From Neophaeotheca triangularis (lineage: Eukaryota), in NCBI GenBank assembly GCA_054600435.1, contig BAAIJX010000002.1:248001-312000 (forward strand): 64,000 nt of DNA, in the 5' to 3' direction. Positions within the stretch are counted from its first letter, which is position 1; each line of letters starts with the position of its first letter. Below, in pieces: positions 33,897-45,197 of this stretch. A program made the position numbers and the translations under genes. A model generated the notes under the pieces. The model saw nothing but the letters and a program-made list of their open reading frames with translations. It did no database searches and had not been told where the DNA came from.

Positions 33897-35714
33897 TTAG
33901 ATATTATGATTCGTCTTCCTCGGGTGCATGATGAACCCCGGCGCATACACTTCCCCATCAACCTCAACCATGAAGCCGGGCCTTTCCAACGGCGTCAGCG
34001 GATGCCTGGGATCGTCCTTCTCCTCCAGATGCTGCTTCGGAATCTCATGCATCCAATGCGCCATCACGCCATCGCAAAGACTGCTCCACCAATCCCACGT
34101 CTTGGGTCTGTGGAACCAGCCAGCAAAGTGCGCGCGATAGTGACCCGGCCCGTACGCCATTCCGTCGCCGAAGTCGCGCGGGAAGCCGCCGTTGAGCATT
34201 AGATTCAGCTCGTGGATTTCGCGGGTCGGGTAGAGGAAGCTGGGGATTGGGAGGTAGACGAGCTTGAGGCCGTTCCAGAGCGCGAAGGTTGGGAGGGTCG
34301 CTTCGCTGGGGACGGCGATGCCGGATTCGTGTTGCGCGCGGTGCGCGGCTTCGAGGAGTTCCCAGCTTGCGCGCCCTTGGGCGGGGACGGTGACGAAGCG
34401 TTCCGGGTTGGGGTTTACGGGGCCGCGGACCCAGTCTTTAAAGGGCCAGTCTTCAAAGCGCTCGATGCGTTTGACGTCGGAGACGGTGTTCATGACTAGG
34501 AGGTCTGCGTCGCTGCCGACTCCGATGGAAAAGTCGTCGTCGTGGGGGTCTTGGAGCGGGGTTTCGCGGACGGGTGGATGGGCCATTCCGACGTCGATGG
34601 GGCCCCAGGTTGAGGCACCGCCGTTGAGGGTTTTGTTGATGGCTTGAGAAAACTCCTCGTATGTGCCATGTAATTCGGAGATGTAGTCCCATGTTGCCCG
34701 TTCTCGAGATTGCTTGTAGGGTTGTTGTCTCCCAAAGTCGTCAAAAGCTCGCAGCATCTTGCCCACGTCCCCAGTGAAGCGCGTGTCGAGCTCAAATTGC
34801 CAGTAGTGATCGTACTCCGGATAAAAGTGGGCGAATAGCTGCAATGGCTGCATAATCTGCCAGATGGGTGCGGACTCTTTTACTTTGGCGTACCACTCTT
34901 CCAGCAACGAGGTGTGGAACAGAACGGCCATGTCCTGAAACTCCTCGGGAACACTGTCTTCGAGGATCTCGCGATACAGGGTTTCATCCTCGATGATGCT
35001 AGGCCCCCTCTCCTTGTCTTTGACGTCCACAAGCAGAATGACATCGTAAGCGCCATTACCGGCAAGACTCGCCTCGGCAATAATGGACCTAATATTCCAG
35101 AAATCCTCCGGCTGATACTTGTAGAGACTCCACGTCCTCAACACCACAGCTTGCCGACCTGTCTTGACTGGGGGTTCCATTGATACGTCGTCGCCGATAT
35201 GCCTAAAGCGTCCTTTGCGATCCAGGCCACGTGCTGGCCCGAATCGCGCGCTATTCGCTTCCCAGCAATCTTGTTGTAGCTTTCCCCAGTTCACACCCAC
35301 CCAATCTACTTTCGAATATGCGTATCCCTCCTTTTCCTCTCCGTATCCGTACGGGCCATATCGATCGTCAATCGTCATCCACGATTTCTCCAACCCCATT
35401 GACTCGTACGATCCGGTGGTCACATTAGGCCATGAAACACCGGGAAGCTTGGGGGTCCCTTGAGGCAAGTCGTGGCTGTCGATTAGGTTTAGTAGGCCAC
35501 CACGAGGTCCCCGACATGCCACTGGTGGGATATCGGGGTTGAACGTCGATTTGGTGGACGTTAAAGGTCGAGTCACCCTGGGGCGAGAAGTAGCGGGCGG
35601 GGATCGTACACTTGGACGGATATGCAATGTCAAGGCGACGATGGAAAAGAGGAGGAGCGCGGCCACGAAGAGGAGTCTGCCACGGGGACCGGCTCCGTTC
35701 CAGATATGGAGCAT
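33897..35714 (-). CDS. DUF3405-family type II membrane protein
   Basis: N-terminal TM anchor; RQAVVLRTW, PLQLFAHFYPEYDHYWQFELDTRFTG, SEATLPTFALWNGLK and C-terminal HPRK. Confidence 0.8.
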   Translation of the reverse strand: MLHIWNGAGPRGRLLFVAALLLFSIVALTLHIRPSVRSPPATSRPRVTRPLTSTKSTFNPDIPPVACRGPRGGLLNLIDSHDLPQGTPKLPGVSWPNVTTGSYESMGLEKSWMTIDDRYGPYGYGEEKEGYAYSKVDWVGVNWGKLQQDCWEANSARFGPARGLDRKGRFRHIGDDVSMEPPVKTGRQAVVLRTWSLYKYQPEDFWNIRSIIAEASLAGNGAYDVILLVDVKDKERGPSIIEDETLYREILEDSVPEEFQDMAVLFHTSLLEEWYAKVKESAPIWQIMQPLQLFAHFYPEYDHYWQFELDTRFTGDVGKMLRAFDDFGRQQPYKQSRERATWDYISELHGTYEEFSQAINKTLNGGASTWGPIDVGMAHPPVRETPLQDPHDDDFSIGVGSDADLLVMNTVSDVKRIERFEDWPFKDWVRGPVNPNPERFVTVPAQGRASWELLEAAHRAQHESGIAVPSEATLPTFALWNGLKLVYLPIPSFLYPTREIHELNLMLNGGFPRDFGDGMAYGPGHYRAHFAGWFHRPKTWDWWSSLCDGVMAHWMHEIPKQHLEEKDDPRHPLTPLERPGFMVEVDGEVYAPGFIMHPRKTNHNI

Positions 35715-37384
35715 GGTTGTAGGAGAGTCGGAAGGCGGGTGGTCACCAGGTCATGACAGAAGTGCTTTGCTAGAGAAACATGGTCAAAGGGAGCAGAGAG
35801 TCAGTACAAAGCAACGATACAGAAGTAGGAAACACGATGCGCAGCAAAAGGAGGGATTTGAGCAAGGAGAGGAGCTTAGCCTATTGTGTCGGCCTACCTT
35901 TGCACTTTGTTATCCCGCGACGTCTGACGGGAGCCTAGGCTCATCAGGATTCGCGCCTCAAGTGTTTGGTTGGTTAGATTGGGTAGGTAGCGCGCGTACT
36001 TGGGACGGTCAATAACAAGGTAATATCCTCAAGGTACTAATAAGGTCCAGGGTACAACAGTAAGGCGGGAACTTTAGATGCACCGTTAGCGGGTCTGTGT
36101 CACGGTGACGGGAGCTTGATCGAACTCGCCATAGTACCCGGACCTAGTGACGTACGCGTATGCGTGTATAATACAACACGGTACCTTAGGTAGGTATCAA
36201 TGTTTAGATAAGGTAGGTAGCAAGGTGCTTTACGAATAGAACGGCAAAATCGTACGTACTAGGTAATTATCATCCTAGCGAGCCAGGCATAACAAACAAG
36301 TTAGTGACCTACCCAACTTAGGAATAAACCCCACGGATCACTCCAGCTCGCTTACACACACTAACTAGTCTGATAACCCTGCACCTGCCTTTGATGTTCG
36401 TCTAGACCCTGACCTAACCGACTCCACTTCATCCATCAAGTATATCTATGTAGGTGTGGCAGTGCATGTTGACTCCAAGTCTTGTATAAAAATATGCGTA
36501 CACAGACAAATCAAACGTATTATAGCAATGCATACATTACAAAAAAGGTGAGACCGTCCTCCGCAGTCATGATAAAGATCAAACACATTTAAAAGTCCGA
36601 CAGTCAAGAGCGAAGACATGAATAGACGTGAACGTGACGTTAAACAACAATCCCAGCGGCAACTGCGAATCAATACCATATTACCATACCATAACTTCCG
36701 CATAGGTAGTCTCGGACGGACTCGCTCTTCCATGACTGCCTATGAACGCATGACTTGCAACGTTGGCGTCGAGCCGATCTGGCGCTCAAACAGACCATCA
36801 CTTTCGACTACCACGATCATTGCAACCGCATGACTAGACGAAAGCGCGGAAATGGAAAACCCCCATATCTCTGCACTGACACGAAAACCTAGCAAAGCAA
36901 GTCGGCCGGTATGCTGACTACCTAGAGGTTTGAGAGAAAGCACTTTTTTCATACCAACGGCGAAAACGTCCTGTCTTGTCTTGAGATCCTTGTACAACCG
37001 GTTGTTCGCGTACGAAACGTTAGTTGAGTGACACGTTTGATGGGGAGTTGGGCTCCGGCAAGATGGTAAGGGGTGCACGTATGATTGACTTGATGGTAGC
37101 TATCGTTTAGCTGGCTGATGTGAACATCTAGGTAGGGATCGTGTTGTTTATAGCGGATTCCAGGTGTGCAGAGAGGTCTTCGAAGGGTCGGGATGCTTCC
37201 GTGTATTTGGAGGAGGCCGCTTCGTAGAATGCCCCTAGCCCACGCAAACGAGCAGTATAGACGGCACCGGGAGGAAAATGCTCCCTGGGTCGACGAGGCC
37301 ATGGGGCTGCCGTAGGGCAATGGCCTGTTTCTGATTCGCGGTGACAGTCTTTTAGCAGTGACTTTGTCAAAGCGAGCCTTCATA

Positions 37385-38670
37385 TCAACGCCCAAAGCCC
37401 CTTACCTCCTCAAACACCTCCCTCAGAGCCCCCTTCTTGAAATCCACCAGCACGCTCTCATGATCCGTCTTCGGCAACTCTTTGGCCGCAAAATCCACAA
37501 CCCCTTCAACACAAGCCTGCCGCCAACACTCATCAAAGTACTTCTGCCCCTCGCTCCCAATCATGACATCCGACTCGGCATAGAAAGTCCTCAGCCTCAA
37601 CCTGCCCCCATCATCCCCACCATCACTCTCCCGCCCGACCCCCGTGCCCCGTCTCCCTGCCTCCTTCTCACAAAAGTCCACTACAAACCGACCATAATCC
37701 TCGCAAACCCCCCAAACCGGCCCCTCGCCCTTCTTCAAACAAAGCAAAACCTCATCATTAGCCGCGCTACTATCCTCCGCCATCCAGACCTTAGTGCGAT
37801 AGCTTAGAAGCTCCCGCGCGACAGGCTCGCTGACGCCATACCTCTCCGCATCCGTCGTGGTGTCCGAGGAGTCCGCTGGCTCGGGATTGAGGAGCTCGCT
37901 AGCGGAGCTGAAGACGTCGCCGGACCAGTTGAAAGCCGGGGCGATTCGCAAGTTGATGAATTTGAAGACGGAGCTCCAGTGCGAGATGAGGTTGTTGGGG
38001 AGTTTGGACGTCAAGACCCCGATGGTGGTTTGAGAGTGGAGGTAGTCGACCCACGGTGCTGCTGGGAAGTTAGCGCTTTGTCGGGTTGAGCATCTCGCCT
38101 GGCGGTCTTTCCCGCTTACCTATGATAGCTACGTAGGGGTTCTGAGGATCGAGAAGGTCGCGGTGGTGGTACATGGTGTTGAGCAGGTAGACGGCGCCGG
38201 CGCTATGCGTCAACAAGCTGACATGGCTCACTCCGAGCGCTGCCATCAGCGCCGGCACCGTTTCGATCCAAACCTGAACCCGCTGTTCGAGCGGACAAGG
38301 CGTCGAGCCACCCATTCCAGGTCGATCGGCGCAGATGACTCTCACGCCGGTCTCCACGGCCAAGGTTTCGATCTCCAGGATGTGGTATCTGTTGCCAAAC
38401 ATTGGTCCGACGAACAGAACGACTGGAAGGCTTTCATCGCCGAAGTTGCAAGTCGTTGCGTAAGTCACGCGAAGACGGCCGTGGGCTGCGGTCTCTGGGA
38501 GCCAGAGGCTTTGGTGGAGGTTTCTGGCGCATACTTTGTTAATAGCTTCTGCTTGAACGTTTACTCGGTCTGATTTAGCCATGAGGTCGGTGGCGGAGGT
38601 TGAGGCGATCTTGAGGACCGATACTCTCACATTTGTGAGGAATTTTTGCTTCTTTTGTTGGCTCTGACAT
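37385..38670 (-). CDS. Alpha/beta hydrolase; probable exons 38670-38631, 38569-38120, 38058-37385
   Basis: HGRLRVTY, DRPGMGGST, nucleophile elbow THSAG, APWV, ESDVMIG and TDHES. Intron starting at 38119 (GTAAGC..CTAAC..CAGCAG). The first exon is less certain; alternative Met at 38583. Confidence 0.85.
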
Positions 38671-40202
38671 GATCAGCGGTGCGTGGTCGGTCGCTTTTAT
38701 TCTGGTACCACATAGGAAGGGTGTCAGCTAGAGCTGAGGTAAATCGGCTTCTCCGAAGATCCATATGGCGCTTCATTGGTCAGTCAGTCAATGTGGATCG
38801 CAGCTCTTTACGAACGAACGGACGAATAGCAAGGGAGTTCCTCGTCCTACGCTCTCTTATTCTACGGCACCTACCACGGCACAATTCACTACTATACGAA
38901 GATACTCTGTGCATCGCCTAGGTAGGGTCCGGTGTGAAAGGCTTCCTACTAGCAGCGGCAATATCACAGCGTTCCAGGCCACGCTACAGACCACCCAACG
39001 ATTGCCGAGAGGAGGCGGGAGTATAGAGATCAAATCGACTAGGAGCGTCCTACGCAACTTTCCATCGTTTTCCCAACCAGGCAATCCCTCATAGAGTCGT
39101 CCGAACTGGGTCGCAGTATCTAGGACAAGGAAAGACGAGCGTGTATTCGCACAACGGCATGGATGCCAGTGGAGACGTTGAATCCGGGGCGTACATACGA
39201 GATTACACAGCCATGGTACAATATGCCAGCGAGTGGACATAAGCAAGTCTCCGTGCCCGACCAGATGGGAGATCTGCCCGTTTCAACACTTACATCGTTA
39301 CATCGTGATATCAAAGCATCTCCTAAAAGAGACCCATCATCCCCCACGCCCACACCATACTTAGTACCTTGCGCTACCTACTAGTAACCACGGGCCCCAC
39401 CATAAGCTCCCAGCTTTACTTCACTTTATCCCGCCCCGATGCCCCCCTGAAACAACACCCCCCCCCCGGCCGGACTCAAACCTCCTCAACCGCATCTAAA
39501 ACTTCCCACAAAATCAAGCCCTCAGATGCACTTGGCACCCCAAACCCCACCAAAACAGACGAGAGAATGGAAATAGCGCTACGACACGTGTGTGGACTCG
39601 TCGAGCGCTTGCCACAATCGACGTGAATTTCTGGTTGAGTGTATTGCGGACGATGTTCAGACGATTCTCAACGACTGTGGGGTCAGGGGAGAATTTCCAC
39701 GTGACGGATGTCAAGGGTGGCAAGGACCGGACCGCAGGCTTTTCATGGTACGACTACGTTGGTTTCGCGGCGGTTCAGGGTAAGTGTGGTGTTTCGCGTG
39801 CATGATGAGGAAACGCGGATAGGAAGGGATGGCTGTTTGTGGATTTGGTGCGAGAAACTGGAGAAGGCGGCGGTGGTAGAGTTTTGAGGCTGTGTCATAC
39901 GCTTTTGGAGAGTATGGCTTTTGAGCCTGCATTTCGGCCGGCGTGGTTGGCGGTTGCTGCGAAGTTTATGCGGGAAGCTAGATCTTGGGGAACTGTGTTG
40001 GCGAGAGGTTTGAATGCGAGGGAGAGAAACTTGGGCTAACGAGGATGGATAAGGTGCTTTATCGCGGTGGTGTGGAGATTGACACGTGTGAGCGGTTTGG
40101 TGCTGACTTCTGTCTACAGGATCAGGAGCAAGGGGAAGAGATTGTGAAATTGGGCTTTGAGAAGCCGTGGATTGACTCATGATTGCGATGAAGTTGACGT
40201 GA

Positions 40203-41711
40203 TTAGTTCAGCCCCTCCTGCATCTCGCTGATGGTCGTCGCATCGAGGAAGCCCTCAACGCCTAGATCGTCGAGCTCGGCGGCCAAATTTGCCAGGGATG
40301 AGGCAGGGAGGCGAGACTTGGGGTAGGATTTCTCCGGTGTAGGTCCAGACAGGCAGTGCTTGCACCATCCTGCTATGACAGCTCGTTGCTGCATTTGAGC
40401 TGCCAGGTCCTCCTCTCGCTTCGCCTTTGCGTGCTTGAAAGCTCCTTCGTAGTATTTCTCGGCGTTGGTGAGTAGGGTCTTCACACTCTTGCGAGCCGGT
40501 TCCGGTACATTTGACGAGCGCGAAAACGCGATTCGGAAGCGGAGAAGTTCAGCATCCCCTCTGCGCTTGTAGTGGTCCGCGTCCTTATCCACGGCATCGG
40601 TGAGCTCGGTTGAGACAGTATTGGCAATCAGTTCTCCTGCTTGTGTTGCCTGCTGCCAACAAATCCCGGCTGGTGAGTCTGGCGATTCTTGGTAGCGATC
40701 GAGAGCCGAGAGCACGAGCTCAATCTTCGCGGTAGCTTCCGCCTCCATGCTGGCTGCTGTCTTCGAAGGCAGTTCGAATGCACTTAAGCTTTCAACATAG
40801 CTCTCAAGGTCGATCATGTCCATGTTGTACTGTGCGTCTCCGTAGCCGCTGACAAACTTGGCGCGGCTCAGAGCCATGCCGGCCCGGGCCTGGTCTTGTT
40901 CTTCAGACGGAAGCAGGGCAATGTACGAAGGTGCTTTCTTCTCTGTCAAATCCTGCGCCATACCGCCGAGTGTTTGCAGACCTTGCGAGTCACTCATCCC
41001 TGCAAGCTGAGTCAAGGCGCTCAGGGATGCTTCGACGGTGTCGAGCAGGTCAGATGGTTGCACGGCGTGCTCAATGGTTACTGCCTGCTCTGCCCCGCTT
41101 TTGGTGCTAGTCGAAGACGACGCCGCTTTAGAGACAGCCGCTTCGGAGTCGGGGTTCAGAGCAACGCCTCCATCCTCGTTGTCCTGCCATTGTTGGCGCT
41201 GTTGCTCAAGCAGGAGTTCCTGGCGTGAGAGACAGCTGGACAAGATCTCCAAAGCCTCGTGCAAAGCTGCGACGGCATCGTCGGTCTCATCAGTCTCGGC
41301 AGCGAACTCGGCCATGGACAAAAGTACCTGGGAAGTGTTGAACAGAACATCGACATTATCCTCATTCAGCTTCATGGCATAGCGGTGAGACTGCAGGGCG
41401 TCATTGAGAAGATCGGCAAGAGAGAGGCCAACATGATCGACAATGATAGGTTGTTGTGTGATTTCCAGCTCAAGTCGTGCTTTGTTGTAGGCCAGGTCGA
41501 AGTTTTCAGGATGCTTTTGGACGCCGTTGTCGTAAATCTCCAATGCTCTCATGAAAGCTCGTCCAGACTTTGCGGGATCGCCTGCGCGCCATTTGCCACC
41601 AGTTTCCTCTTCGACATCGGCGGCTTCTTGAAAGTCATCAGCAGTCTCCGGGACTTTTGCTTTGGCCTTTTCCTTTTTGGGGGGTTTGGTGAATTGCTTT
41701 GGTTTGGCCAT
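40203..41711 (-). CDS. TPR-like helical repeat protein (UPF0656-like)
   Basis: 502-aa ORF; EETGGKWRAGDPAKS..F.RAL, FDLAYNKARL and DVLFNTSQVL in an all-helical protein. Confidence 0.75.
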   Translation of the reverse strand: MAKPKQFTKPPKKEKAKAKVPETADDFQEAADVEEETGGKWRAGDPAKSGRAFMRALEIYDNGVQKHPENFDLAYNKARLELEITQQPIIVDHVGLSLADLLNDALQSHRYAMKLNEDNVDVLFNTSQVLLSMAEFAAETDETDDAVAALHEALEILSSCLSRQELLLEQQRQQWQDNEDGGVALNPDSEAAVSKAASSSTSTKSGAEQAVTIEHAVQPSDLLDTVEASLSALTQLAGMSDSQGLQTLGGMAQDLTEKKAPSYIALLPSEEQDQARAGMALSRAKFVSGYGDAQYNMDMIDLESYVESLSAFELPSKTAASMEAEATAKIELVLSALDRYQESPDSPAGICWQQATQAGELIANTVSTELTDAVDKDADHYKRRGDAELLRFRIAFSRSSNVPEPARKSVKTLLTNAEKYYEGAFKHAKAKREEDLAAQMQQRAVIAGWCKHCLSGPTPEKSYPKSRLPASSLANLAAELDDLGVEGFLDATTISEMQEGLN

Positions 41712-42258
41712 TGCTGTGAGATAGGTAGGTCTTGGCGAGATTTTCCACTTTCAAAGATTACAGTTGAAAGTAGATTGGATAGCACCTAGAGGTAGATGAG
41801 GTAGGACTCGTAGGAGGTAGGCGATTCGGATGCTTCCATTCCACTTGAGGTTGACTTTTGACTTTACTTGTTGGGCAGAGGCACACACTGAAATTTTACG
41901 GCGGTGACGGGGTCATCTCCGAAGCTCAGTGCCAAGGCCATGATCCATCACTACTAGTAGAGATACGGTACTCTAGGTAGTAGTTATCAGTGGTCGAAAG
42001 CGGCCTAGCCTTATCCACGCTTATCCACCATCCGTGACCACATGGATGGATCCATCGCAGCTTCCAGCTTCCTGAACTTTTCGTCATAGCCTGAATTTGC
42101 CAGCCCGGGCTTACCAGGGCTTATTATTATCTTTACTCTCTACTCTCTCCTCCCAATACCTCCTACCGCGCCTACATACTTATCTCACCCTCTCTTCTCT
42201 CTCTTCACCTCTTTTCCCACCCTTCCCTTCTTCCACACTTTCAACCACAACCACAACC

Positions 42259-43053
42259 ATGGGCCGCCCACCGAACCTCTACTCTTTCGCCAACGCCGAC
42301 GAGCTGGCCCCAAATCTGCGCAAATACGTCCTTGATGCGCAAAACGAAGCCCTTAAGCGCCACGGCGTCTTCCGCATGGCCGTCTCCGGCGGCTCCCTCC
42401 CCAAAACCCTCGCCAAAGCCCTTCTGCCCGCCGGCAACGGCAGCGAAGAAGATAAAGTCCAATTCCCAAAGTGGGAGATCTTCTATGCCGACGAGCGCTG
42501 CGTGCCGCTCGACCACGACGACTCGAACCACAAACTCGTCAAAGAGGAGCTGCTGAACCAAATTCCCTCTGAAATGGGCGCGCCCAAAGTCTTCCCCATC
42601 GACACGAGTGACCTGGAGAATGCGCAAGAGGTCGCGGATAGCTACGAGAAGACGTTGGTGTCGATTTTCGCCGCGAGGGATTCGGTCAGGCTCCCTCTGT
42701 TTGATTTGATACTCTTGGGTTGCGGCCCCGATGGCCACACTTGCTCGCTTTTCCCCGAGCACCCGCTGCTTAGGGAGACGGATGCCTGGATTTACCCCAT
42801 CACCGACTCGCCCAAGCCCCCGTCGAAGCGCATCACTCTTAGTTTGCCGGTGGTGTTGCACGGGGCGAGGATCGGTTTTGTCGCAACCGGTGGCGGTAAG
42901 AAGGACATCATCAAGCAGATTTTCGAGACCGAGGAGGGCAGCAAATTGCCTTGTGGATTGGTGAACTCAGGCGCGGGAGAGAAGGTCAGCTGGTTCTGCG
43001 ATGCGCCTGCTGTCGAGGGTGTCAGCTTCCCGAGGCGTGGGAGCGTGATCTAG
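42259..43053 (+). CDS. 6-phosphogluconolactonase (Sol family)
   Basis: AVSGGSLP, ADERCVPLDHDDSN, LLGCGPDGHTCSLFP and DSPKPPSKRITLSLP. Confidence 0.96.
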   Translation: MGRPPNLYSFANADELAPNLRKYVLDAQNEALKRHGVFRMAVSGGSLPKTLAKALLPAGNGSEEDKVQFPKWEIFYADERCVPLDHDDSNHKLVKEELLNQIPSEMGAPKVFPIDTSDLENAQEVADSYEKTLVSIFAARDSVRLPLFDLILLGCGPDGHTCSLFPEHPLLRETDAWIYPITDSPKPPSKRITLSLPVVLHGARIGFVATGGGKKDIIKQIFETEEGSKLPCGLVNSGAGEKVSWFCDAPAVEGVSFPRRGSVI

Positions 43054-43576
43054 ATGGTGAAGTTGTCCATCGGATCCTTGCTTGCTCTTTGCAATGATTT
43101 GACGAGTCTTAGATAGACAGAATATGAAGCAACGGCCATGACCGAATTTGTATGAAGTGACAAACTGTTCTTGTTCAATGTGACTGGCTACCTATTCTAT
43201 CCGCCTTTCCGCCTCGAACCATGACGCGGTCGCCTTGATGGAGCTGACTACAAATATGAACGAGTGCATCACGAGCTTAGAAAAGCCACCATGGCTGATG
43301 AAACCACATCTCATCTAGCATTATACGCGTACAATCATAGCCGTGTCCACTCCAATCATGCAAACTCCATCCCAGACAAAAGAAAGACCTCATCCCAAAT
43401 CCCAAGACCGAACAACCTCATTCCCATCCCCATCCCATCCCTCTCCCGACACCAACCTCGCCCCGCAGCAAAACCGAGCACACCAACCCCTCTCCCCCCA
43501 GTAGACACAACACCGCAGTCCCAATCCCATCCAACCCAACCCACCCCACCCTTTCCCGACCCCAATCTCCCAAGAA

Positions 43577-45197
43577 CTAAAACCCCCCCTCCTGCCACTT
43601 CTTCGCACAAGTCGCGGGCGCAAAAAGATACGTCCCCCCCATCTCCTTGATCCGCTCACTAACCTTCTTCCACGGAATCTTCCTCTCCTTACCCGGTGCC
43701 GCCGTCTCAAACCCAGCATCCTCAGCACCAGCAGCACGACCGCGAGCTCCAGCATTATGCTGGAAAGACCGCACCGCGAGGCGGAGGAGACGGAGCTTGT
43801 GGCCCCAAAAAGTCAGCGAAAAGCTTCTCACGTGCATCATCGGTGGAGGGGATGGAAAGGTGTGAGAAGGATGAGAAAGAGGAGAAGAGAATCAAACTAC
43901 TCACATCCGCCTCTGTCCACTCGGGCCGCCTAACGCGCTCCCATTTTTCCTTGGTCAAGACTCGCACGCGGCCCCGCAGCGTGCTCTCGGCTTCGCGGAA
44001 GCCGCCGCGCCGCTTGATCGTCTTGTACGAGTGGCCTTTGCGGCGCATTTCCAGCAGGTAGGCGTCGCGGTTGCGGCGGTGCTCGGTTTCGCCGTTGGTG
44101 GTGGCTGTTGTTGCCGCTTCCGAGTGTTGGGGGTTGTTAGGTGGGTTTTGCTGGGTTGGTTCTTCCGAGGAGGCGCTGTGGGAGGTTTCACTGGGGGCGT
44201 AGAGGGTTGTGGAAGGGAGGACGGGGTTGGGGTGGTGGAAGATTGGGTTGGCCTGGGCGTGGGAGTGGGGGTGGGTGGGGTAGGTTGGATTGGTGTAGAG
44301 GGTCATAGAGTCGTTGGTGGGGTTGACGGATGTGTTGGTGCCGAAGGAGGAGTTTGGTGCGGAGGGGCCGATGCTCCACGTGGAGGAGGGGGCGGAGCCA
44401 TAGACGGAGGTGAGCATCGAGGCGTCTTCGCGAATTTGAGGCTGGAACATAACGTCGCCGCCGTACTGGGCTAGGGCTCGGTTGTGGTCGATTGATCGTG
44501 GTGCTCCGGCCCATGCTTTGGAGTTGTGCTGGTTGAAAGAGCCCTCGCTGGCGTCTGTCTCCAATGGAGTGAAGGGACCATGGGTTGATGCAGGTGATGG
44601 GCCATAGTCGGTTGACGCCAACGCCCAGTCATCGTTGCTCACAGGTTCGTAGTTGGAGGCATCGACGTCTTCGTCCAGCAAAGATAGTGCGGGCATGCAA
44701 GGGCTAGTCTCGATCTTGGTTGGCTGCACGGTATCTGGAGAGACTGATGGAGTGAGATGCTCAACCTGCTCCGTGTGGTAGCCGTCGACGGGTCTGAAAG
44801 GGAAGATGGGAGCCGGCGCCGTCGTCCAGCTTGAAGCCGACGTATCGAACATGGATTGATCATCAGGAAAGGCGATGGCTTCGTCGAAGGAGAATGACGG
44901 TTGGTAGCGTGGAGCATACTGATGGCTGTTGTGATGAGCAGGCAGAGGCAGGCCGTTGGGCGCCGCACTTGATCGTCGACGTTGGCCGAATTGATCGTGC
45001 TGTTGGCTAACGGCGTTGTAATCCTGTCCCGTGTGAATGCGAAGAGGGTTTGCCATAGCGTGGCGCGTCGCCGGTAAGCTTTGGTAGAAGTGTCTTTGTT
45101 GTCTCGTGCGGGAGTGAGACTGCGGCGGCGGTGCAGCGTTTGGTGAGTAACGTCTCGCATTGAGGAAGTGCTGGAAGGTCATGTTTACGTTCGCCAT
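43577..45197 (-). CDS. Putative Myb/SANT-like transcriptional regulator; exons 45197-43905 and 43795-43577
   Basis: Low-complexity N-terminus, then GFREAESTLRGRVRVLTKEKWERVRRPEWTEAD|LRLLRLAV...IPWKKVSERIKEMGGTYLFAPATCAKKW. Intron 43904-43796 (GTGAGT..CTGAC..AAG). Start codon uncertain. Confidence 0.8.

Noticed and set aside
36010..36720. Relatively AT/TpA-rich intergenic stretch as a RIP-degraded transposon
   Set aside because: Only mildly AT-rich, with no terminal repeats or transposase/RT remnants recognisable.
42097..42258. 54-codon in-frame TTG-started extension of 6-phosphogluconolactonase as a non-AUG mitochondrial leader
   Set aside because: It lacks acidic residues but has only two Arg and coincides with a CT-rich tract typical of fungal TSS regions; best explained by promoter composition.
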